Shown one piece after another: positions 24,869 through 31,307 of a stretch of DNA of 32,000 nt; positions within the stretch are counted from its first letter, which is position 1; the number at the start of each line of letters is the position of its first letter. The position numbers and the translations under genes are program-made. This stretch comes from Patescibacteria group bacterium (GTDB taxonomy: Bacteria; Patescibacteriota; UBA1384; XYA2-FULL-43-10). The notes under the pieces are model-generated. The model searched no databases and had not been told where the DNA came from. It saw only the letters and a list, made by a program, of their open reading frames with translations. The stretch lies in NCBI GenBank assembly GCA_041674405.1, contig JBAYVT010000004.1, positions 60,001 through 92,000 on the forward strand, in the 5' to 3' direction.

Positions 24869-24931
24869 TATGGTTTTAGATAATTGATTGAGTCAACCCA
24901 ACAATTTTCCGAGTGGTAAAAAGTTTGGTTT

Positions 24932-24942
24932 TGTGCTAGAAT
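24932..24942 (+). promoter_or_regulatory. Extended -10 promoter TGTGCTAGAAT for tsaD
   Basis: Identical 11-mer to the PAP2 promoter. An 11-nt gap to ATG 24954 and no SD, implying a very short leader. Confidence 0.5.
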
Positions 24943-24953
24943 TTTTCAGTTAA

Positions 24954-26168
24954 ATGACAAAGAAAAACCTAAAAATTTTAGCAATCGAAACAAGCTGTGA
25001 TGAGACGGCTGCTGCTGTGATTTCTGAAAATCGAAATAAACCAGAAATACTATCGAACATTGTTTCTTCACAAATTGATCTTCATGCTAAGACCGGCGGA
25101 GTAGTGCCGGAAGTTGCATCGAGAGCGCATATGGAGGCGATATTGCCTGTCGTAAGTGAGGCGCTTGTACAGGCAAAACTCAAAAATCCAGAAAAACTAC
25201 GGACTACGGACTACAACCTACAAACTGGTCTGTCGGATATCACCCATATTGCCGTAACTGCTGGGCCAGGGCTGATCGGCTCACTCTTGGTTGGGTTCAA
25301 CACGGCAAAATCGCTGGCTTATTCGCTGGATTTGCCAATCATTCCAATCAATCATATAGAAGGACATGTGTACTCCGCATTCGCGGAGCAATTTCCAATT
25401 CCCAATTTCCAATTTCCAATTCTAGCATTGACTGTGTCTGGCGGCCATAGCTCGTTAACTTTGATGAAAGATCACGGAATCTATGAAAATTTGGGTCAGA
25501 CTTTAGATGATGCGGCGGGAGAAGCTTTCGACAAGGTTGCGAAACTTCTCGATCTTGGTTATCCAGGAGGACCGGTGGTTTCTAAACTCGCGGACGAGTT
25601 AAGAAACAAAGTCAAAAATCAAAGATCACCCGTCTCGGCCGAGGCACGATCCGAGGTCGGAAAGATCAAAAATAATAAAGAAAAAAATAGCAATTTAACA
25701 ATGAAACAATTTAACAACGAGATTGTATTTCCCCGTCCGATTCTGAATGACGGCACATTCAATTTCTCATTTTCCGGATTAAAAACCGCGGTTTTGACGG
25801 AGGTGGTCAAACTAAGGACTAAGGACTACGAACTACCGACTAGTGAAATCTGTGCGGCATTTGAAGATTCGCTTACCGATGTGCTTACGACAAAAACAAT
25901 GAGAGCGATTGATAAATTCAAACCAAAAGGTTTGATTCTTGCCGGAGGAGTAGCGGCCAACAGCTATCTGCAAGCCGAACTTCAACGGAAGGTTAATGAA
26001 TACAATCAGACTTTAAAGAAAAGAGATCAGATTAATTTTTATATGCCTCCGCGGGATATGACAGGTGACAATGCGGCGATGATCGGTCTTGCAGCTTACT
26101 ATCATATATCGAGGGGAGATGTAAAAGGGTGGGACGAGATCGAAGTCGATTCAAATTTTAAGCTCTAA
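24954..26168 (+). CDS. tsaD: tRNA N6-adenosine threonylcarbamoyltransferase TsaD, carrying four repeat-derived insertions
   Basis: ILAIETSCDETAAAV, TAGPGLIGSLLVG, HIEGH, VSGGHS, FSFSGLKTAV and GGVAAN are all canonical TsaD/Kae1 motifs. Confidence 0.95.
   Translation: MTKKNLKILAIETSCDETAAAVISENRNKPEILSNIVSSQIDLHAKTGGVVPEVASRAHMEAILPVVSEALVQAKLKNPEKLRTTDYNLQTGLSDITHIAVTAGPGLIGSLLVGFNTAKSLAYSLDLPIIPINHIEGHVYSAFAEQFPIPNFQFPILALTVSGGHSSLTLMKDHGIYENLGQTLDDAAGEAFDKVAKLLDLGYPGGPVVSKLADELRNKVKNQRSPVSAEARSEVGKIKNNKEKNSNLTMKQFNNEIVFPRPILNDGTFNFSFSGLKTAVLTEVVKLRTKDYELPTSEICAAFEDSLTDVLTTKTMRAIDKFKPKGLILAGGVAANSYLQAELQRKVNEYNQTLKKRDQINFYMPPRDMTGDNAAMIGLAAYYHISRGDVKGWDEIEVDSNFKL
25196..25228 (+). repeat. 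Tandem 7-nt units ACTACGG ACTACGG ACTACAA CCTACAA ACTGG in frame in tsaD
   Basis: Encodes KLRTTDYNLQTG. Preceded by aaaactcaaaaatccagaaaa. Confidence 0.95.
25389..25423 (+). repeat. Five tandem 7-nt units CAATTYC in frame in tsaD
   Basis: caatttc caattcc caatttc caatttc caattct. Encodes QFPIPNFQFPIL immediately before the VSGGHS motif. Confidence 0.95.
25691..25718 (+). repeat. Direct repeat CAATTTAACAA x2 (period 16) in frame in tsaD, within a ~38-aa insertion
   Basis: caatttaacaa tgaaa caatttaacaa. The surrounding insertion reads NKVKNQRSPVSAEARSEVGKIKNNKEKNSNLTMKQFNNE. Confidence 0.9.
25811..25845 (+). repeat. Five tandem 7-nt units ACTAAGG ACTAAGG ACTACGA ACTACCG ACTAGTG in frame in tsaD
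   Basis: Encodes KLRTKDYELPTSE. Confidence 0.95.
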
Positions 26169-26178
26169 AACGGCGAAC

Positions 26179-26202
26179 GCCACCCCGATGTTCTGGGGTG
26201 GC
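26179..26202. terminator. GC-rich hairpin gccacccc-gatgttct-ggggtggc between the convergent tsaD and island C genes
   Basis: 8-bp stem. The + strand is followed by GCGCTTTGTTCTT and the minus strand by GTTCGCCGTTTTA. Confidence 0.55.
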
Positions 26203-26229
26203 GCGCTTTGTTCTTGGTGGTGGCCGCTA

Positions 26230-26745
26230 CTAGGCGACCAACCGCAGGGTCGTGTCGAAGCCGGAAAGCCAGGTCGCGACCTGGTCGTAGGCCTCTCTGG
26301 CCCCGTTGTCGAAGTCCTCAGGCCGCAGGATCTGGTCGCTGGGGACCATTATCCGCGACTGCAGCTCCGCTTCCGGAACGCCGGTTGCCCGCTCTGTGGC
26401 CTCGAAGGGCGCTCCTGCTAGGAAGTCCTCGATGGTTAACGGGCCGCCGGAAGTGACATCCCCGAACTGCTTGGATGAGATGACCACATAGCCGCCAGTG
26501 GCGAGCGTGGCCATCATGTCGATGTGGGTCCGAGCAACGTTCCTCTCGGTGACGTAGTAGAGCTCGGCGACGCGGACGTCGCGGGCCATCACAAAGTTGG
26601 GAATGTTCCCCGGAACATGGCGCGGCGCCAGGCGGACCGGAGTGAACGGCGCGTCCTCAAGTGCCTTTGCGAGAAGGCGCCCATGGCCGGGGTTGCCGGC
26701 CACGATGAGCAATGTGGCTTGGTTTATCACAAGCATTACCTCCAT
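26230..26745 (-). CDS. GC-rich hypothetical protein with a degenerate P-loop-like N-terminus
   Basis: LLIVAGNPGHGRLLAKAL resembles GxPGSGKSTLAKAL of small P-loop kinases but lacks the Lys-Ser/Thr. GGAGG lies 8 nt before GTG 26730, suggesting the true start is there (MINQATLLIVAGNPGHG). Confidence 0.65.
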   Translation of the reverse strand: MEVMLVINQATLLIVAGNPGHGRLLAKALEDAPFTPVRLAPRHVPGNIPNFVMARDVRVAELYYVTERNVARTHIDMMATLATGGYVVISSKQFGDVTSGGPLTIEDFLAGAPFEATERATGVPEAELQSRIMVPSDQILRPEDFDNGAREAYDQVATWLSGFDTTLRLVA

Positions 26746-26771
26746 GGGTTTGTTCCGTCCTGCTCGAGCAT

Positions 26772-26800
26772 TTTATATCATAAAATAAACAAATTGTCAA
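26772..26800 (-). promoter_or_regulatory. Sigma70-type promoter for the island C gene: TTGACA, 17 nt, TATAAA
   Basis: -35 is the reverse complement of 26795-26800 and -10 the reverse complement of 26772-26777. It lies in AT-rich DNA just outside the GC-rich block. Confidence 0.55.
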
Positions 26801-26897
26801 TCGTAAATACGAATAATTGTTCATCTGGTGCGTTTTTATTGGATTCAGCCTCTTTTTGTGTTATTCTTAAGCACGAAACTGGTTAATTTCGGAAGTT

Positions 26898-29147
26898 ATG
26901 TCAAAAGAATTCGCCAAAACCTGGGACTCGAAGAAGTTTGAAGAGGATTTATACCAAAACTGGGAAAAATCCGGCTATTTCAAGCCTGAATTGAACATGC
27001 CCGAAAATCCAAAATATGATCGGGCGCTCGAAGGCAAACCATTCGTCATCCCAATTCCGCCGCCGAATGTCACCGGCAAGCTTCACATCGGCCATTCGTT
27101 ATTCATCACAATTCAGGATGTCATGATCCGCTTCCATCGCATGCTTGGCGAGCCCACGCTTTGGATCCCCGGCACCGATCACGCCGGTATCGCTACGCAG
27201 ACGGTCGTGGACAAAGCCTTACAAAAAAAGGGAATTAAGCGCCACGAAATTGGCCGTGAGAAATTTGTCGAAGAAGTTTGGAAGTGGAAAGAAGAATACG
27301 GCGGTATTATCACCTCACAACTCAAACGAATGGGTGCTTCCTGCGACTGGTCGCGCGAGCGTTTTACCCTCGACGAAGGTTTATCCAAAGCTGTGAAAGA
27401 GGCATTTGTCCACCTATACGAGAAGGGATTGATCTACCGCGGCGAATATATCGTCAATTGGTGCCCGAAATGCGGCACGGCGATCGCGGATGACGAGATG
27501 GAGCACGAAGAACAAACCGCAAAATTGTACTATTTCAAATACGACAAAAACTTTCCGATCACCATAGCAACTACCCGGCCAGAAACCAAACTTGGAGATA
27601 CGGCTGTGGCGGTCAATCCAACCGACAAGCGTTATGAGCAGTACATTGGCAAAGAATTCGATGTTGATATCGATGGCGTTAAGCGCAAGATCAAAATTGT
27701 TGCCGATCGCTCTATTGATATGAAATTCGGTACCGGCGCAGTCGGAATTACGCCTGCACACTCGGCTATCGACTGGAAAATCGGTGAAGTTAATGATCTT
27801 CCGATTGTCAAAGTCATCGACGAACGAGCAAAAATGACCGCCGAGGCCGGCAAATACGAGGGAATGAAGGTGCTCGAAGCCCGAGAAAAACTAGTTGAAT
27901 ATCTGAAAGGCGAAACACTCCTGGAAAAAGAGGAGCCGATCACAAATAATTTGAGCGTCTGCTACCGCTGCAACACGGCTATAGAGCCGATTCCGTCTCT
28001 ACAGTGGTTTGTGAGTATGCGCCCACTGGCAGAAAAAGCTAAAGCGGCCGTAACCTCCGGCGCTATCAAAATTATCCCGAAAAGATTTGAGAAGAATTAC
28101 AATCAGTGGATGGACAATATCCGCGACTGGTGCATCTCCCGCCAGCTTTGGTGGGGACACAGAATCCCGGTTTGGTATCGCAAACAGGAAAATCTCAAAC
28201 CTCAAACCTCAAATCTCAAACCCGAAGACATCTATGTCGGAAAAGAACCGCCAGCTGATATTGAGAGTTGGATTCAAGACGAAGATGTGCTCGATACCTG
28301 GTTTTCCTCGGCGCTTTGGCCGTTTTCTTCACTTGGTTGGCCAGAGAAAACCAAAGATCTGCAGTATTTCTATCCGGCAACCGTTCTCGAAACCGGATAT
28401 GACATTCTCTTTTTCTGGGTCGCCCGAATGGTAATGATGGGACTTGAGCTTACTGATTCGATTCCATTTGAGAATATTTACCTCCACGGCTTGGTTCGCG
28501 ATGAGAAAAATAGAAAGATGTCCAAGTCTCTCGGCAATGCGCTCGATCCGCTCGATATGATCGATAAATACGGCACAGATGCTGTCCGGATGGGTCTTGT
28601 GGTCGGCACTACCCCCGGGCTTGATATTCCTGTGGGTGAGCACAAGCTTAAGAATTATCGCAATTTCTCGAACAAAATCTGGAATGCCTCGCGCTTCGTT
28701 TCTCTTCGAGTTTCCGAAGGTGATCTGGCCTCGGGAGAAATTGGAGATGAGAAAATCGAGAACTTAAATATCGACCAATCAATTTTAACCGACGCCGACA
28801 AAAAAATTCTCGAAGCACACGAGGAAATCAAAAAGCGCGTGACAAAAGACCTCAAGGAGTTCAAATTCTCTGGCGCCGGCGAAGGGCTATATGAGTATTT
28901 CTGGCACAATTTCTGCGATATCTACATAGAAGCTGCTAAAGGGCAGCTCCAAACTGAAGAACCGAAGAACCGAAGAACCGAAGAACATTCAGAAAACACA
29001 AAAAAAATCCTGCTCAAAGTTCTGTCTGAATCTTTACAGATGCTGCATCCGTTCGTTCCTTATGTCACCGAAGCTGTCTGGCAGGAACTACGCGAAATTT
29101 ATCCAAAACTTTCCGAATCGATCATGATCTCCAAGTGGCCTATGTAA
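26898..29147 (+). CDS. valS: Valine--tRNA ligase (short form, no long C-terminal coiled coil), carrying two repeat-derived insertions
   Basis: PPPNVTGKLHIGHS (HIGH motif), TTRPETKLGDTAVAVNP and RKMSKSLGN (KMSKS motif). A possible extended -10, TGGTTAATT (26880-26888), lies 9 nt before the ATG. Confidence 0.95.
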   Translation: MSKEFAKTWDSKKFEEDLYQNWEKSGYFKPELNMPENPKYDRALEGKPFVIPIPPPNVTGKLHIGHSLFITIQDVMIRFHRMLGEPTLWIPGTDHAGIATQTVVDKALQKKGIKRHEIGREKFVEEVWKWKEEYGGIITSQLKRMGASCDWSRERFTLDEGLSKAVKEAFVHLYEKGLIYRGEYIVNWCPKCGTAIADDEMEHEEQTAKLYYFKYDKNFPITIATTRPETKLGDTAVAVNPTDKRYEQYIGKEFDVDIDGVKRKIKIVADRSIDMKFGTGAVGITPAHSAIDWKIGEVNDLPIVKVIDERAKMTAEAGKYEGMKVLEAREKLVEYLKGETLLEKEEPITNNLSVCYRCNTAIEPIPSLQWFVSMRPLAEKAKAAVTSGAIKIIPKRFEKNYNQWMDNIRDWCISRQLWWGHRIPVWYRKQENLKPQTSNLKPEDIYVGKEPPADIESWIQDEDVLDTWFSSALWPFSSLGWPEKTKDLQYFYPATVLETGYDILFFWVARMVMMGLELTDSIPFENIYLHGLVRDEKNRKMSKSLGNALDPLDMIDKYGTDAVRMGLVVGTTPGLDIPVGEHKLKNYRNFSNKIWNASRFVSLRVSEGDLASGEIGDEKIENLNIDQSILTDADKKILEAHEEIKKRVTKDLKEFKFSGAGEGLYEYFWHNFCDIYIEAAKGQLQTEEPKNRRTEEHSENTKKILLKVLSESLQMLHPFVPYVTEAVWQELREIYPKLSESIMISKWPM
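28191..28225 (+). repeat. Five tandem 7-nt units AAYCTCA in frame in valS
   Basis: aatctca aacctca aacctca aatctca aacccga. Encodes ENLKPQTSNLKPE. Confidence 0.95.
28956..28987 (+). repeat. Four tandem 8-nt units GAAGAACC in frame in valS
   Basis: gaagaacc x3 + gaagaaca. Encodes TEEPKNRRTEEH. The reverse complement ggttcttc occurs twice in the 20748-20779 spacer. Confidence 0.95.
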
Positions 29148-29188
29148 CATATGTTGCATTGACAAATTAATGTAACATATGTTACAAT
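29143..29188 (+). promoter_or_regulatory. Toxin-antitoxin promoter with two 16-bp palindromic operators
   Basis: TGTAACATATGTTGCA (29143-29158), TTGACA (29159-29164), TGTAACATATGTTACA (29171-29186) and -10 TACAAT (29183-29188). The spacer is 18 nt. ATG 29198 lies 9 nt after the -10. Confidence 0.6.
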
Positions 29189-29197
29189 AAAATCGAA

Positions 29198-29449
29198 ATG
29201 CAACACGATTATGTTTCGACAATTGAAGCGGCAAAAATCACAGGTTTGAACAGAACCCAGATTTTTCGCTTGATCAAGGTGGGCAAACTCCCAGCCGCTC
29301 GTATTGGGCGCAATTATATCATCAAAAAAGATGATCTCGGAATTTTGACTGCAGAAATTACGCCAAAAGAGAAGAAAAACATCGAACACTCGGTAGATAA
29401 GGTTTTTGAAGAGTATGGCGATGTGCTTAAAAAACTGGGGGAGGAATGA
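29198..29449 (+). CDS. Excisionase/MerR-type helix-turn-helix DNA-binding protein, putative antitoxin
   Basis: STIEAAKITGLNRTQIFRLIKVGKLPAARIGRNYIIKKDDL is a typical excisionase-family HTH. It forms an ATGA overlap with the downstream Doc gene. Confidence 0.8.
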   Translation: MQHDYVSTIEAAKITGLNRTQIFRLIKVGKLPAARIGRNYIIKKDDLGILTAEITPKEKKNIEHSVDKVFEEYGDVLKKLGEE

Positions 29450-29865
29450 TATTCCCAATCTCATTAAACGAGGTTGAGCTTATTTCTCACCGAATGGCAA
29501 AAGAAATGCTTCGCTGGAATGAACCAATTCCTGATTTCTCCACCCGCTATCCCAATGTGCTTGAATCTTGCCTATCTACACCATTTCAAACCTATAATAA
29601 GCGAAATCTTTACCGCGGCCTTGTGCCACAAGCTGCAGCTTTGTTTTATCTGATGATTAAAAACCACCCGTTTCAGAATGGGAATAAAAGGGTGGCGATC
29701 ACGACTTTGTTCGTATTTTTATCGAAAAATGGCAAATGGATCCGCGTCGATTCGCAAGAACTATACAATCTCGCTGTCTGGGTAGCCGGCTCTCCGCCTG
29801 CTTTTCGTGAAGAAGTAGTTGCCGCAATTGAAAAATTCCTTAAGAAAAATATTGTTGATAAATAG
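29446..29865 (+). CDS. doc: Doc (death-on-curing) / Fic-family toxin
   Basis: HPFQNGNKRVA matches the Doc variant of the Fic motif, HxFx(D/N)(A/G)NKR. GGGGAGG lies upstream of ATG 29446. Confidence 0.9.
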   Translation: MIFPISLNEVELISHRMAKEMLRWNEPIPDFSTRYPNVLESCLSTPFQTYNKRNLYRGLVPQAAALFYLMIKNHPFQNGNKRVAITTLFVFLSKNGKWIRVDSQELYNLAVWVAGSPPAFREEVVAAIEKFLKKNIVDK

Positions 29866-29973
29866 AAATTTCAGTATGTGCAAAAAATGCACATATAGAT
29901 TAGTCAATTCTACAATGGATAATATCTTAGTTATTTCCATTTTGAAAAACACCTGAAATATCAAACGTAAAAC

Positions 29974-30158
29974 TTGACAAAATTTTATCAGCTGTTAAAG
30001 TATGAACAATTTAGTCTCTGGAATTATCATGATTAAGAAAAGCAACAATCAGGTGCGTCGTCATCATTACCCGTTTCTCTCGAGCTGCTTTTTTGTTGTG
30101 TAAAACTTTATAAAATCTCATAGACATCAAGGTTGGCAGCTCGAGAGAGCTGTTTTTT
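29974..30158 (+). promoter_or_regulatory. Candidate promoter + leader with alternative hairpins upstream of the GC-rich GNAT gene
   Basis: TTGACA (29974-29979), 16 nt, TAAAGT (29996-30001). A perfect 13-bp inverted repeat tctctcgagctgc (30076-30088) / gcagctcgagaga (30136-30148) competes with a 6-bp hairpin cagctc-gaga-gagctg + TTTTTT (30137-30158). A 33-codon ORF at 30002-30103 (MNNLVSGIIMIKKSNNQVRRHHYPFLSSCFFVV) covers the left arm. Confidence 0.35.
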
Positions 30159-30214
30159 CGTACCTTGAAATCTTGTCTGTAATAAAATCAATCTGGAAAA
30201 GGAGATGGTAGAAG

Positions 30215-31237
30215 GTGGTAAACACGAGTGAGGTTGTCGGTAAGTCCGAGTGTGCGCGGATCATTTCAGAAATGATCCGGCCCGAGTCAGCGTCTGGAAA
30301 GATGCTGTACCGCGATCAAGACGAGATTCTCTCAATGCTCGAATCCGGACATAGCACGTTCATCCGAGATGGCGCCGGTATGCCGGTGTCATTCTGCGGC
30401 TTCTATGAGTTCGACCAATACATCGAGGTCGGCTCTACGATCACGAATCCGGAATTTCGCGGGCGTGGGCTTGCCACCGAGTGCCTTTACCGGGTGCTGG
30501 ATGCCATTCAGTGTTCCGGGAAGGAGATAGTGGCATTCTGCAACGATGGCTCAGCTGGTCTCTTTGCGAAAGCCGGATTCAGCGAACGGCCAAAGGCCGA
30601 GATGCCGGACGAAGCGCTAGCTTTTTGCGCAGACTGTGCGGAGAGCCAAACATTCCCAGGATGTCACTGCCGCTACATGGTATTTGGGCATCGAGTTGTG
30701 CAGGGAAGGGGCGTCTGGCACACGATCATCGAAGACCCGGCAGGCGGCCAGCTTAAAAAGGTGGCAGAGCTTTACTGCCAAGTCTGGGCGGAGCCGCCTT
30801 GGGACGAGTACGACTGGGATCTGGCCGAGGTTGAGACCGAACTTAGTGAAGCGTCAAGTGATCCAGCAACGGCATTCTTTGTGAGTATGGTCCGTGGAGA
30901 AGTCAACGGCTTCACCATAGGCTACCCGATGGACAAGACGGCGCTTGCGGCGAAAGCCGGAGGAGAACAACTTGGCCATCTGTGCGAAGATCGCAGGCAG
31001 GTCTTCTATGTGGCCGAACTGGGAGTGGCGAAAGAATCCCGGTGCCATGGCACGGGAATCATGCTATCAGAGCTACTCTCTGCCAGGGCAAGGTCTCTCG
31101 GGTACAGCCGGCTGATCCTGCGTACTCACATAAAGGCCGCCCCCGCCAGGGCGTTGTATGCCAGGCTGGGGTTTGTCGATACCGGCATTCCTGACGCAAA
31201 CTACCCCGATCGCACATACTGGGTTTACGACGAATAG
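30215..31237 (+). CDS. GC-rich tandem-GNAT N-acetyltransferase (two acetyltransferase domains, Cys-rich linker)
   Basis: GTG 30215 lies 10 nt after AAGGAG. Domain 1 has motif A, FRGRGLATECL...AKAGF. Domain 2 is VAKESRCHGTGIMLSELL...ARLGFVDTG. The linker is FCADCAESQTFPGCHC. Confidence 0.85.
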   Translation: MVNTSEVVGKSECARIISEMIRPESASGKMLYRDQDEILSMLESGHSTFIRDGAGMPVSFCGFYEFDQYIEVGSTITNPEFRGRGLATECLYRVLDAIQCSGKEIVAFCNDGSAGLFAKAGFSERPKAEMPDEALAFCADCAESQTFPGCHCRYMVFGHRVVQGRGVWHTIIEDPAGGQLKKVAELYCQVWAEPPWDEYDWDLAEVETELSEASSDPATAFFVSMVRGEVNGFTIGYPMDKTALAAKAGGEQLGHLCEDRRQVFYVAELGVAKESRCHGTGIMLSELLSARARSLGYSRLILRTHIKAAPARALYARLGFVDTGIPDANYPDRTYWVYDE

Positions 31238-31256
31238 CGCAAGGTACGAACATCCA

Positions 31257-31282
31257 GCCGAGCGGGCAAAAACCCGCTCGGC
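31257..31282 (+). terminator. GC-rich stem-loop gccgagcggg-caaaaa-cccgctcggc at the right edge of GC-island D
   Basis: 10-bp perfect stem, 20 nt after the GNAT stop. No T-run follows, so terminator function is uncertain. Confidence 0.4.
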
Positions 31283-31307
31283 CAGCATTCATAAATTAAG
31301 GAGAAAA

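Noticed and set aside
26188-26886. Several plus-strand ORFs (77, 82, 61, 120 and 63 aa) in island C
   Set aside because: They are GC-driven shadow ORFs antisense to the 171-aa gene, which has both a promoter and an SD.
18554-28987. Heptamer/octamer arrays as classical slipped-strand phase-variation switches
   Set aside because: They sit in essential single-copy housekeeping genes, where an off state would be lethal, and the units are already degenerate, which reduces slippage. This is kept only as something to test in read data.
29875-29896. Hairpin tatgtgca-aaaa-tgcacata after the Doc gene as a terminator
   Set aside because: The 8-bp AT-rich stem has no following T-run. It may still be a weak terminator or a binding site, but the evidence is insufficient to call it.
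30481-31292. Alternative-frame and antisense ORFs inside the GNAT gene (91, 82, 64, 70, 77 and 71 aa)
   Set aside because: They are nested in a 340-aa frame with two clear GNAT motif-A signatures, and are GC-driven artefacts.
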